52,011 bases of DNA, taken from contig JBDSIO010000301.1 of the NCBI GenBank assembly GCA_039917895.1, forward strand, positions 1-52,011, given 5' to 3'. Origin of the DNA: Fibrobacteria bacterium (lineage in GTDB: Bacteria; Fibrobacterota; Fibrobacteria; UBA11236). Of this stretch, positions 36,596-47,200 are shown piece by piece. Position 1 is the stretch's first letter. Each line of letters opens with the position of its first letter. The notes under the pieces are model-generated. The model was not told the DNA's origin. It worked only from the letters and a program-made list of their open reading frames with translations, and did not search any database. The position numbers and the translations under genes are program-made.

Positions 36596-38428
36596 ATGTG
36601 CGGCATCGCCGGTTACATCGGCCCCAAGGAGATTCCGGAGGATAGGGTTTCGGCCTGCCTGCGCGCCATGGACCACCGGGGTCCGGACGCCAATGGTCGC
36701 TATCGCCACGCGGCGCGCGGCGAGAACGTCCTGCTCCTGCACACCCGCCTGGCCATCATCGATCTCGATCCCCGATCCGGGCAGCCATTCCGGATGGGTG
36801 GCAAGGCCCTGGTCTTCAACGGCGAACTATACAACTACCTGGAGGTGAAGGCCGCCCTGGAAAAGCGCGGCCGCCGCTTCGCAACCGATGGCGACACCGA
36901 GGTCCTGCTCGCGGGAATCGATACCCTGGGTGATTCCGCCCTGGACCAATACGACGGGATGTGGGCATTCGCCCTATACGACGAGGCCGATGGCGGATTG
37001 AAACTCTGCCGCGATCGCTTTGGCGAGAAACCCTTATACCTGCATCGGGAAGGGACAGGACTCTATTTCGGTTCCGAGCCGAAGTTCATCCATGCCCTTT
37101 TGGGCCATAACCTTCCCATCGATTTGAATCACCTCCACCGCTACCTGGTCAACGGCTACCGCTCCCTGCACAAGGGAACCAACACCTATTTCCAGGGGTT
37201 GGAAGAACTCCCTTCAGGACGGCTGCTGGCCCGCCGGCCCGGAGGCGGAAAGACAGAGGATGCCTATTGGAATCCGGTTTCCCGGCAGGACCCGGCCATG
37301 GAATACCGCGATGCGGTCGAAGGCGCCCGCAAGGCCCTGATCGACGCAGTGAGCATCCGGCTACGCGCCGACGTGCCCATCGCATTCTGCATGAGCGGCG
37401 GCGTGGATTCCAATGCGCTCATATCCATCGCCAAGCGAGTGTTCGGCTACCAGGTGCACGGGTTCACCATCGCCAACAGCGACTCCCGATACGACGAGGG
37501 AGAAATGGTAGCGGCTTCCGTCAGGGATCTGGGCATCCGCCACACCTCCATACCCCTGGAGACCAAAGGATTCCTGGGCAAACTGAGGGGCCTGGTGGCC
37601 GCCCATGACGGGCCCGTCAGCACCATCACCTATTACGTTCACTGGCTCCTGATGAAAAGCGTGGCCGAGCACGGCTATAAGATTTCCCTCAGCGGGACTG
37701 GGGCGGACGAGCTCTTCACGGGCTATTTCGATCACCACCTGGCCTATCTCAAGGAGATTGAAGGCGACCCGGTACGGTATCCCGCCGCCCTGGAAGCCTG
37801 GCGCAAGCATATCCTGCCAGGGATCCAGAATCCCTACTTCCAAAACCCCCGGTTGTTCAGCGATAACCCCGCCTTCCGGGACCATATTTTCCAGGATTGC
37901 GACCTGTTCACCTCGCGCCTGGTCCGTCCCTGGACCGAAGCTTTCGCGGATCGAACCTGGAGCGGCGATTTGCTCCGCAACCGGATGCTGAACGAGCTTT
38001 TCCATGAGGTGGTGCCTCCCATCCTCCATGAGGACGATCTCAACGCCATGTGCTTCTCCATCGAAAACCGGTCTCCCTTCCTGTCCCGGCCGCTCTTCGA
38101 TTTCTGCCAAAGCATCCCCACCCGGCACCTGGTCCGGGACGGGTACGCCAAAGCCGTGCTCCGGGACGCCATGCGGGGAATCGCGCCGGACGCCATCCTG
38201 GGGAACCGGACCAAAGTGGGATTCAACGCGCCCGTCCTCTCCCTGCTGGATCCGGCGGATCCCGAAGTGAAGGATTGCCTGCTCGATCCGCGTAGCCCGG
38301 TATTCGAAATCGTTCGCCGCGAAGCGGTGGAGGAGTTGCTCGAAAGGCCCCACTTGCCGAATTCCGAAAGCAAATTCCTGTTCAACTTCCTCAACGCCAA
38401 GCTTTTCCTCGAAACCTTCGGGAGTTGA
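36596..38428 (+). CDS. asnB: AsnB-family glutamine-hydrolysing amidotransferase (sugar amidation)
   Basis: MCGIAG (Ntn Cys), HRGPD, FNGELYN, RDRFGEKPLY, SGGVDS, SGTGADE, ENRSPFL. Confidence 0.93.
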   Translation: MCGIAGYIGPKEIPEDRVSACLRAMDHRGPDANGRYRHAARGENVLLLHTRLAIIDLDPRSGQPFRMGGKALVFNGELYNYLEVKAALEKRGRRFATDGDTEVLLAGIDTLGDSALDQYDGMWAFALYDEADGGLKLCRDRFGEKPLYLHREGTGLYFGSEPKFIHALLGHNLPIDLNHLHRYLVNGYRSLHKGTNTYFQGLEELPSGRLLARRPGGGKTEDAYWNPVSRQDPAMEYRDAVEGARKALIDAVSIRLRADVPIAFCMSGGVDSNALISIAKRVFGYQVHGFTIANSDSRYDEGEMVAASVRDLGIRHTSIPLETKGFLGKLRGLVAAHDGPVSTITYYVHWLLMKSVAEHGYKISLSGTGADELFTGYFDHHLAYLKEIEGDPVRYPAALEAWRKHILPGIQNPYFQNPRLFSDNPAFRDHIFQDCDLFTSRLVRPWTEAFADRTWSGDLLRNRMLNELFHEVVPPILHEDDLNAMCFSIENRSPFLSRPLFDFCQSIPTRHLVRDGYAKAVLRDAMRGIAPDAILGNRTKVGFNAPVLSLLDPADPEVKDCLLDPRSPVFEIVRREAVEELLERPHLPNSESKFLFNFLNAKLFLETFGS

Positions 38429-38436
38429 GGACGGCG

Positions 38437-38465
38437 TTGCTTTCAAACGCCCGCTATCGTACCAT
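38437..38465 (+). promoter_or_regulatory. Putative internal promoter
   Basis: TTGCTT-N17-TACCAT in the 96-bp gap after asnB. Confidence 0.4.
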
Positions 38466-38524
38466 TTTCACGGAGCCGGCGGCCCCTGAACCGGGGAGCG
38501 CCCGCCCCGGAACAGGATCATCAG

Positions 38525-39271
38525 ATGTCCTACAGCAAGAATCCGCAGGAACTTTGGGAAGACTCCTTCCAGGAGCAGATTGCCCGCCAAGCGTATAACA
38601 CCGCACCCGTCGAAGCGCTCGTGCGCACGGCCGCTTATCATCTCCGCGACCGACGGCCGGAAGGGGATTACTCCGGACTGCATTGGCTGGAAATGGGATG
38701 CGGAACGGGGCCGAACCTGAAATGGCTGGCCCAAAAAGGCATTAAGGTCAGCGGCATCGACATCTCGCGCAACGCATTGGCCCTCGCGCGCAAGCAATTG
38801 GAAGACGGGGGCTTGGGAGCCGCAATCGTAGAAATGGTGGAAGGATCCGTGGCCCAGACTCCCTTCCCCGATTCTTCCTTTGACGGTATCTTCGAGGCCC
38901 TGGTCTTCCAGCATCTGACCAAGGAGGATCGCGTTAAGGCCTTCGCAGAGGTCCGCCGGCTGCTCAAGCCCGGCGGCGTCTTCATCGGAAACATGCTGGA
39001 CTCCGGACACACCATCTACCGCCAGCGCAAGGCCGAGGAGCTCGCGGACGATCCCGGAACCCTGCTTTTGCGCGACGGCGGATCCAATTTCCATCTCAAC
39101 AACCTCGGTCTCTGCCATTTCTACCGCCGCGAGGAATTGGAAAACCTTCTCCAGGGATTCGGCATCGTCGATCCTTCCATCATGACCTACTACCTCCCGC
39201 GGTTCGAAGCCAAAAAGCGCGGCTATGAGGAGTATCTGCAGAGCATGTGGACGGTCTATGCCGTCAAATGA
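38525..39271 (+). CDS. Class I SAM-dependent methyltransferase
   Basis: LEMGCGTG, GIDIS, PFPDSSFD, LLKPGG. Confidence 0.9.
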   Translation: MSYSKNPQELWEDSFQEQIARQAYNTAPVEALVRTAAYHLRDRRPEGDYSGLHWLEMGCGTGPNLKWLAQKGIKVSGIDISRNALALARKQLEDGGLGAAIVEMVEGSVAQTPFPDSSFDGIFEALVFQHLTKEDRVKAFAEVRRLLKPGGVFIGNMLDSGHTIYRQRKAEELADDPGTLLLRDGGSNFHLNNLGLCHFYRREELENLLQGFGIVDPSIMTYYLPRFEAKKRGYEEYLQSMWTVYAVK

Positions 39272-39953
39272 GGGATGGCTGGGCCATCCCGACGCGCGCA
39301 ACCCCTGGGCGAACGATCGTAAGCTCCTGGAACTGTACCGCCGGCGCTGCCGACGCGAAACCGAGGAGATGACGAGCGCGGCGCAGGCCGCCGAGATCAT
39401 CGCGGAAACCGCCCGGCCCGGGGAATCCCTGTTGGATGCCGGATGCGGAGGCGGCTATTACTACTGGTCCTTCCAATCCCGTGCTCCGGGCCTCGCCTAT
39501 CATGGCCTCGATCATACGCCCGCTATGGTGGAGCTGGCGACTGTGGAAATGGCCAAGGCGGGGCTTCCCGCCGAGCGATTCCAACTCGGGGACATCGCGG
39601 ACCTGGAAAGGGAATTCGATCATACCGTGTGCTTCCATGTGCTCGCCACCAGCCCGCATTACGCACACCTGCTCGATCGGCTTCTGGCCTGCACGCGCAA
39701 ACGCCTGGTACTGCGCGAGAGCCTGGCCGATACCGCGGGCACCACCTATCAGGCGGACGCCTATCTGGACGAGGACAAGCAGCACATCCAGGTCTACCAC
39801 AACACCTATGCGATGGAAGAGATGAAGGCGTTCATCGAAGCGCGGGGTTTCTCCGTCGTTAATGTGCCCGACAAGCGCAGCAAGAACGGCATGGAAATGG
39901 TCTGCGACGTGCCCCATTGGTGGAAGATCCTGGTCGCCGACCGGCGCAGGTAG
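39258..39953 (+). CDS. Class I SAM-dependent methyltransferase
   Basis: LLDAGCGGG, YHGLD, FDHTVCFHVL; GAGGAG upstream of ATG 39258. Confidence 0.88.
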   Translation: MPSNEGWLGHPDARNPWANDRKLLELYRRRCRRETEEMTSAAQAAEIIAETARPGESLLDAGCGGGYYYWSFQSRAPGLAYHGLDHTPAMVELATVEMAKAGLPAERFQLGDIADLEREFDHTVCFHVLATSPHYAHLLDRLLACTRKRLVLRESLADTAGTTYQADAYLDEDKQHIQVYHNTYAMEEMKAFIEARGFSVVNVPDKRSKNGMEMVCDVPHWWKILVADRRR

Positions 39954-39972
39954 GAAGCAACGAGGAGGATGC

Positions 39973-41835
39973 GTGTCTAGAATTGCCGGTGCGATAGCCG
40001 CGGAAACCGCCCACCCCGCTTTGTTGGCGGTGGCGGCTTCCCTTGAGACCCTCAAAGCCGCCGAGGATTGGGGCCTGCATGGTATGCCTGGAAGTATGGC
40101 CGCAAGCTCCGCAACGGCGCTACTCGGATGGACCGGGCATGGAACGGTTCAGTACGCTTCCCGGGACGGAGTCACGGCGGTCGTGGACGGCCGATTCTAC
40201 GGGCGTCCCGCGCTTGCTGAAAACGATTCTGAGGCCGCCCACCTGATCCGCCGCTTCCGCGAAATGGGATTCCCGGGCGCCCTGGCGGGGCTTAACGGCG
40301 ATTTTTCAGTCGCCCTCTTCGACTCCAAGAACCGCAAGCTCTGGCTGGCACGCGATCGGTTCGGAGTCAAGCCCCTATACTACGCGCGCGGCCGGGGATA
40401 CCTGGCCTTCGCATCCCGTCCTTCCGCCTTGTTCGGGATGCCCGGCATCGGCAAGGCCGTACGCAAAGAGTACGTGGCTCTGTATGCGGGTTGCCATTAC
40501 CGTTATTTCGATAACGACAACGCCAAGTCCCCGTATGCCGATGTCGCGCAATTGCCCGCCGCGCACTGGCTTTCGAGCGACGGAACCTCGGTGGAGACGG
40601 GCGTTTATTGGTCCATGACGGACGCCGAGGATATCGCCGGTTCCGATGCGGAGCTGGCGGAACGTTATCGCGATCTCATCCTGGACGCCGTGCGCATCCG
40701 TATATCAAAGGCCGAGAAGCCTGCCTTCACCTTGTCCGGCGGCATGGACTCCTCTTCCGTGCTCGCGAGCTCGGTGCGCCACTTGGGCCGGAAACAAATC
40801 GCTTTCTCCACCGTCTACGACGACAAGACTTACGACGAAAGCGAAGACATCGCTTCCATGCTCGACGGATACGTCGAAAAGTGGAATACCATCAAGATTG
40901 GGCATCCCGACGTATTCGGATTGGTGGAGCGCATGGTGGCCGTGCATGATGAACCGGTCTGTACCGCTACCTGGCTGTCGCATTTCCTGCTTTGCGAGGA
41001 AGTGTCGCGCCAGGGTTACCGTACCCTGTTCGGAGGACTGGGCGGGGACGAACTGAACGCGGGGGAATACGAACACTTCATCCCTAATTTCGCCGACCTG
41101 ATGCGAGCGGGGGACGAAAAGGCCTTGCGGCGCGAGGTGGATATGTGGGTGAAATACCACGACCACCCCGTCTTCAAAAAGGATTTCTCCGTAATGGAAG
41201 AGATGGTGCGGCGATCCACCGATGCCGCCGTACCGGGAAGGTGCCTGCCGGACCGGGTCCGCCTGGAACGTTACGCGGCCACTCTCGACGAGGGCTTCTT
41301 CGATTTGAAAAAATGGATTCCGGCCATGGATCATCCGTTCAAGAGCTACCTGAAGAACCGCACCTGGCAGGACATTTACCGGGAAACCATCCCACCTTGC
41401 CTGCGCGCGGAGGATCGCCAGACCACGGCCTTCGGGATCGAGAATTGCGTTCCGTTCTACGATCATCGCCTGGCTGAATTCATGTTCCGCGTTCCCAACC
41501 GCCAGAAAATCCGGGACGGACGCACCAAGCATCTGTTGCGCGAGGCCATGACCGGCGTGCTCCCCGAGGAGACCCGCACGCGCACGAAAAAGGTGGGCTG
41601 GAACGCGCCGGCGCACCAATGGTTCTCCGGCAAAGGCCTGGATCGGCTGAATGACCTGGTCCACAGCGCGGCATTCCGCGGTCGCGGGATCTACGACCTG
41701 AAAGAGGTGGACCGCCTAATCCGTGAGCACGAGGACATCGTCGTCCACGGAAGGAATATCGATAACCACATGATGTTCTTCTGGCAGTTGGTCAACCTGG
41801 AAACCTGGCTGCTGCGGCTGGATGCGGGCGCGTAG
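39973..41835 (+). CDS. AsnB-like ATP-dependent amide synthetase with degenerate glutaminase domain
   Basis: GAGGAGG RBS, then GTG giving MSRIAG (no Cys1, no HRGPD). Retains RDRFGVKPLYY, LSGGMDSS, GGLGGDE, PFYDHRL, K..LREAM. Confidence 0.88.
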   Translation: MSRIAGAIAAETAHPALLAVAASLETLKAAEDWGLHGMPGSMAASSATALLGWTGHGTVQYASRDGVTAVVDGRFYGRPALAENDSEAAHLIRRFREMGFPGALAGLNGDFSVALFDSKNRKLWLARDRFGVKPLYYARGRGYLAFASRPSALFGMPGIGKAVRKEYVALYAGCHYRYFDNDNAKSPYADVAQLPAAHWLSSDGTSVETGVYWSMTDAEDIAGSDAELAERYRDLILDAVRIRISKAEKPAFTLSGGMDSSSVLASSVRHLGRKQIAFSTVYDDKTYDESEDIASMLDGYVEKWNTIKIGHPDVFGLVERMVAVHDEPVCTATWLSHFLLCEEVSRQGYRTLFGGLGGDELNAGEYEHFIPNFADLMRAGDEKALRREVDMWVKYHDHPVFKKDFSVMEEMVRRSTDAAVPGRCLPDRVRLERYAATLDEGFFDLKKWIPAMDHPFKSYLKNRTWQDIYRETIPPCLRAEDRQTTAFGIENCVPFYDHRLAEFMFRVPNRQKIRDGRTKHLLREAMTGVLPEETRTRTKKVGWNAPAHQWFSGKGLDRLNDLVHSAAFRGRGIYDLKEVDRLIREHEDIVVHGRNIDNHMMFFWQLVNLETWLLRLDAGA

Positions 41836-41997
41836 CGGCGAAATCCGGGACGGGGTGGATTGTCTTTTTTGAGGCTACGCCGGGCGCATCCGGCGGGACC
41901 TGAAGTGTCGTTTCAAGTATTCCTCCAATTCTGGCTGGATGGCTTTCCGGCCAAGCGGGCCGGTGGCTAGGCGCGATCCGTCGCTCCGATTCTTTGC

Positions 41998-42027
41998 TTG
42001 CTCCCGGCTTTCCGGCCATAGTACCAT
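41998..42027 (+). promoter_or_regulatory. Putative promoter for the distal glycan genes
   Basis: TTGCTC-N18-TACCAT in the 234-bp gap. Confidence 0.4.
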
Positions 42028-42069
42028 CAAAGCGCGGATCCGCGGAAAACCTCGCGAGGGAGAACATCC

Positions 42070-44271
42070 ATGCAGCCTTTGATCACCATGATCAGGGTCA
42101 GGAATGACGGCATTCCGGCCCATTCGGACAGCCCGATCCATTCGCGATATCGCACGGAATTCGGACCCGATGCGCAAATCATTGAGATGCCCTTTCCCGC
42201 CTACCATACCGCCCGTGAATTCGCCCTTGATTTTCTCGCGGCGATCGCGATCGCTCGTGGGGCATGGATTCAAGTCGTCAGCGGCAATGTCGCGCCGCGT
42301 CCCGGGGACCTCTCCGGAATCCTCAGGCGACTCTCGGAATCGTCATCCTCCGGTGTGCAAGGCGCGGTGCTTGCCGCGCGCGTAAAATCGGAGGGAGGAT
42401 TGGAAACGGGATTGTTCGAGGATGGGTTCTCCTTGGACGCCATGGAAACCGCCAAATCCGCCCATCCCTGGCTTGCCGATCCTTCCGCGTTGATGCCTTT
42501 CTTCGTAATGAGCCGCTCGTTCGCCAGCTCGCTCGCCGAGGAGTTCGTGCGTACCCCGGATCCTTCCGCCGCGGTGATATGCTTCGTGGCAGCGTCCAAA
42601 GTGGAGACGCAGGTCCGTCAAGGGGCGTTCCTGGAGTTCCGCGAGGCAACGCTGATCGTGAATGCTCCCCCCGCGCCCAACGCAATCGCGGATCAAGCCA
42701 TGGCGGATTTCGAGGCGGACCGCAGCTTGGACGCCCTGAAGGCTCTCGACTATATCCGATTCACCTGGGGCGCGAGTCCATCGCTGGACCTGCATCGGTC
42801 CGTGCTTTCCGCGAAGCTGGAGCGCTTTTGGCTCGCAACCCATACCACGCGCCGGTTCCTGCAGAACAATAAAGGCAGCGATCCCGCCAAAAAGCTTTTC
42901 GAAGCCTTGAAAACCAGACGCTCCGAAGCCGCCTCGGGATATGCAGCGGCGGCGCCTCTGCTTGATTTGATCGATCCCGAAGGCGATTCAGGCGGGGAAA
43001 AGTGGTTGTTCGATTTCGTATCCGGCCAGCATGAACAAAGCGTCGGGTTGGTGATCGGGGATTATCCCTTGCGCGCGGCCTTCTGCATGCTGCTGGCGTG
43101 TCTGGGCACTCCGCGTAAGGTCGTGACACTTTCGCCTTTCCGATCCGCAGGGGGATGGAAAGGCAGGTCCGGGAGGGGCTATGATGTCTGGAAATCCATG
43201 GTCAGCCGCTTCGATTTGGAAGATCACGCGGAGGCTTCCGTATCCATCCGGGAAAGGCTGGCGGCCTGGGGCGACGCACCGCGGCCGGACATCCTGTTCG
43301 TTGCCTTGACGGAGGGAAACGATTACCGCGACGAATTGGCGGCCGCCTTCGCGTTGCTGAAGGAAGGCGGTCTGCTGGTGGCCCAAGGCGCGACCGCGGA
43401 GCATCCCCAGGCTTGGAAATTCTGGATCGAATCCGCCGAGCCCGCGCTCAGCGACAAAGGCCGCGAAGGCGCGCTGTCATGGGGCCGCAAGACCTCGGTT
43501 GCCCTGGGTGGGTCGCAACCGGTCATCACGCATGCGGAGTTGCTGCGCCGATGCAAGCTTCCGGAGCCGTTCGAACGCACCATGCTCTCGAATGAACGTT
43601 TCCGCAATGCTTTCAATTTGGCCCGCTTCGTAGACATCCGCAAGCTTCCGGGATCCATCGTAGAATGCGGGGTATGGAAAGGCGGTTGCTCCTCATCCAT
43701 GCTGCTCGCGATCCAACAGACCGGGAGCGACCGGGCGCTTTGGGCCTTCGATTCCTTTGAAGGCCTTCCCCGGCCTGGAGAGAAGGACGGGGCTTGGGCA
43801 TTCGAGAAGAGCGATGAGTGGGGCGGGAAGGGTTGTGAAGCGACCGAAGCGGATTTCCGCGAGACCTTGTTCAAGATCGCGGGTCTCAAGGACCGGAACG
43901 TGCATATCCGCAAAGGGTGGTTCAAGGACACGCTTCCCATTGCGAAGCATGAAATCGGTCCGATCAGCATCCTCAGGCTGGACGGCGACTGGTATGACTC
44001 GGTGTTGATCGGCCTGGAATGCCTCTATGACCTGGTGGTTCCCGGCGGATATATCCTGATCGACGATTATGGGTATTGGGAAGGCGCGCAAAAGGCCACG
44101 GATGAATTCCGCGCCCGTCTAGGAATCCAAAGCCCGCTTATTCTGACCGATCACGATGAGCGTTATTGGATCAAAATCGATGAAAAGCAGAGTTGGAAGC
44201 CCGTTCAGCCGGTGCGCGACATGGCTTTCGGGGTCGGGACTGAAAAGGGCGGATCGCCCTCGAACCATTGA
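42070..44271 (+). CDS. Multidomain protein with C-terminal TylF/MycF/NovP-family O-methyltransferase and a degenerate central methyltransferase-like domain
   Basis: PGSIVECGVWKGG, FDSFEGLP, KGWFKDTLP, LRLDGDWYDS, PGGYILIDDY..W.G. The central part has DILFV..LKEGGLLV. Confidence 0.88.
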   Translation: MQPLITMIRVRNDGIPAHSDSPIHSRYRTEFGPDAQIIEMPFPAYHTAREFALDFLAAIAIARGAWIQVVSGNVAPRPGDLSGILRRLSESSSSGVQGAVLAARVKSEGGLETGLFEDGFSLDAMETAKSAHPWLADPSALMPFFVMSRSFASSLAEEFVRTPDPSAAVICFVAASKVETQVRQGAFLEFREATLIVNAPPAPNAIADQAMADFEADRSLDALKALDYIRFTWGASPSLDLHRSVLSAKLERFWLATHTTRRFLQNNKGSDPAKKLFEALKTRRSEAASGYAAAAPLLDLIDPEGDSGGEKWLFDFVSGQHEQSVGLVIGDYPLRAAFCMLLACLGTPRKVVTLSPFRSAGGWKGRSGRGYDVWKSMVSRFDLEDHAEASVSIRERLAAWGDAPRPDILFVALTEGNDYRDELAAAFALLKEGGLLVAQGATAEHPQAWKFWIESAEPALSDKGREGALSWGRKTSVALGGSQPVITHAELLRRCKLPEPFERTMLSNERFRNAFNLARFVDIRKLPGSIVECGVWKGGCSSSMLLAIQQTGSDRALWAFDSFEGLPRPGEKDGAWAFEKSDEWGGKGCEATEADFRETLFKIAGLKDRNVHIRKGWFKDTLPIAKHEIGPISILRLDGDWYDSVLIGLECLYDLVVPGGYILIDDYGYWEGAQKATDEFRARLGIQSPLILTDHDERYWIKIDEKQSWKPVQPVRDMAFGVGTEKGGSPSNH

Positions 44272-44298
44272 TGGAAGCCGCAAGGATTGGAACCGTAA

Positions 44299-47200
44299 AT
44301 GCCCGCTAAGAAGGTCCTGGTTTTCGCGCCCTACGGCGCTTGGATGGTCCATCATCAATTGGACGCGGTAATCGGGGCCGCATTGGCCCATCGCGGATGC
44401 GAGGTCGTAGCGGTGATTTGCGACGGCTTCCTCAAGAGTTGTTTCATAGCCGGAAAACCTCCTAACCCGGAAACCTGCCGCTCCTGCGCGTTGACGGGAG
44501 CAGGGGTCTTTGCGCGCATGGGCATCCGTACCGTGCAATTGCGCAGCCTGGTGACGGAAGCGGACCTTGAAACCGCCGCGGAATTTTCCCGTTCCGCCGA
44601 TTTGGGCAGGATGTCCGACGTCAGCTTCGATAAATATCCGCTGGGGAAATGGTGCCCGCCTTCCATGCAGTCTTATTTCTCGACCGGGGAATTCCCGCTC
44701 GACCAGGAATGGGCCGTAAAGGCGATCCGGGATCAGTTTTCCAACGGCGTATTGCTCGTTTTGGCCTTGAACCGGCTCATGGACGGATTCAAGCCCGATC
44801 AGGTTTTCTCATATAACAGCACCCATTTCTATTACCGGATCGCCTCCGAACTCGGAAAGGAACGCGGCCTGCCCGTATTGGTTCATGAGCGTGGGCATCT
44901 GAACGACAGTTTCACCCTGTTGGACGGTGAAAGCACCAATGCCAACCAGGGCCGGTTCAATGCCTTCAAAGCCTGGGAAGACGTGCCCCTGAACCGGGAA
45001 GAATGCGGCGAAGTGCAGACATATTTCCGGGAGCGCGAAGAAGGTAAAAACGGATTCTCCCGCTTCTATACTTTCGACAGCCAGGCCGAAGACGTCCGTA
45101 GGACCCTGCGCATCCCCGCGGGCGCACCGATCCTGGCGCTTTTCGGCTCCGGCGACCGGGAACTGGGAGCGTTCGAAACGGTGCAGCGTAAGACCTTCGC
45201 GGGGCAGGTGGAATGGATCCGGGCGACAGCCGAAATCTGCCGTAAACGAGGATGGTACCTGGTGATCCGGCACCACCCCAGCAACGTCATGAAGAACCAG
45301 GTGAATTTCCCTTTCATTTCCTCCTTGATGGAATTGAACAGGGAAATGCCGGATTGCGTCCGGGTGATCATGCCCCATGAACGCCTGACTTCTTATGCCA
45401 TTTTGTGGAATGCCGACGGCGCGGTGACCCATTTCAGTACCATGGGTTCGGAAACTCCGACCCGCGGGGTGTTGGGAGTATGCGTCGGCGACTCTTTGTA
45501 CCAACCTCTGGGCGTGGAATGGGCGGGTACCCGGGAGAATTATGAAAATGCCCTGGTGTCGAGCGTGGAGAAAACCAGGGATTTCGGATTGGCCCAGCTC
45601 CGGAAAGCCTATCGTGGCGCTCATTATGTCGTATTCAAACTGGGATACAAGTTCCGCAGCTTCGGAATCAGGGATGTGTATGCGCCGGATATCCGGGTCC
45701 GAAGCTTGTCGGAATTCGATCGCGGCAATGATCCCATCCTTGATCGGGTTTGCGACTACGTCATGGAAGGTTCGGCCTTGCTACCTGTTCCCGACGCCTC
45801 GGAAAGGAGCCGGAGTGAAGAGGAGGAACGGGTCTTCTTGGAAGTCGAGCTCCAGGGCCTGGTGGCCAAACGCCGGGCAATCGCATCGTCGAGGGCTATG
45901 GCCGAGGATGTGGCTGCTCCACTATTGACCGTGTTCGCCCTCCAGGGTTTTGAGGACGCGGGTATCCGCGATAAAAGCCTGAAAAGGAGCCGTGAAAAGG
46001 CCATCGAAAGGATCGATGTCGGGTTCGATCCCGAAGCTGAAATCGGTCGGATATTCGAATCCCTGGCAAGGGAGGCGGCCCGCGCCAAGGGTCGTTACGT
46101 GTACGTTTCGCTACCAGGTGTGGATGCGGATGAGTCCGTATTCGCGAATTCGATAGATTTTCTGGAAAACGAGGCCAACCGGGAAATTTCCGCCGTGACC
46201 TGGGGAGGCTGGCTGTCGGATGCCCAGGGCCGATTGAAACAGGAAATTTTCACGGATTCAAAGCCCATCGAATCCTTTGAGGAAGCAATTGAGTGCCTGG
46301 CCTCCCTGGATGATCCGATCAAGCACTTCGCCTTCGCGGTCATGCGAAAGGATTTCTTCACCGACCTGATCGGGTGGTTGGACGCGATGTCGGGATTCGG
46401 TCCCAGGGAAATCGCTGCTTCACTCTTCAATCTCCTTCGCGGAGCGAAATCCGGAGATACGATTATGCGCATGAAGGTGCCGATGATTTCGATATACCAA
46501 GTCCAGGAATCCCAAGCCGGAAAAGCGCCCGCGGATTCGGCAGTCGGTTCTCCCGCTCCATCCCTGAAGGCAGGTCTTGCCATGATGATGAACCCTTCTA
46601 CCCAAGCCAAGCTGGTTGACCCGATTTCGCAGCCGCCATCGGTCACCGGAGAATCAGCCGGGAACACGGGGAAGCCCCGCGATCCGGCAATCCTGGACGT
46701 CAGCCCGGACGTGCTGCGCGCCCGCCTGGAAACGGCGGCCTCGGCTTTCGCCGGCAACCCCGGTGATATAGAAGCCGGATTGGATTGCGCCGACGTCCTG
46801 GCTCGTTTGGGCGAAGGTGTCGGCGCGCGTCGGGTATTGATCGCCTTGCAAGCCCGGCACCCTTCGGATGCCCGGATCAAACCTCTGCTCGACAGCGTGG
46901 ATTGGAAATCCCGGCAAGGCCTGGCCGGCGTTTTCGAGTGGAACCTGCGCGGCGAAGGATATCGCCGGCTGTTCGGAAAGCGGAGCGTGGATTCCTACGC
47001 CGACGCCCAGCCTTATGTCGAATCGGTACCGGGTTGGATGCTGGAGGGGCAGGAGAAATACCTTTTCGAAAAGGTAAAATCCCTGCCCGACGGCGCCGTC
47101 ATCCTGGAAATGGGCGCCGACCGCGGGAGGTCAACCAGCGCGATGGCCCTCGCCTGCAAAGGCACCTCGAAACGCATCATCTCCATAGATACCTTCGCGG

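Noticed and set aside
36596-41835. Lasso peptide/RiPP or asparagine biosynthesis role for the AsnB-like genes
   Set aside because: No precursor peptide, B-protein peptidase or RRE seen; the context is entirely nucleotide-sugar modification.
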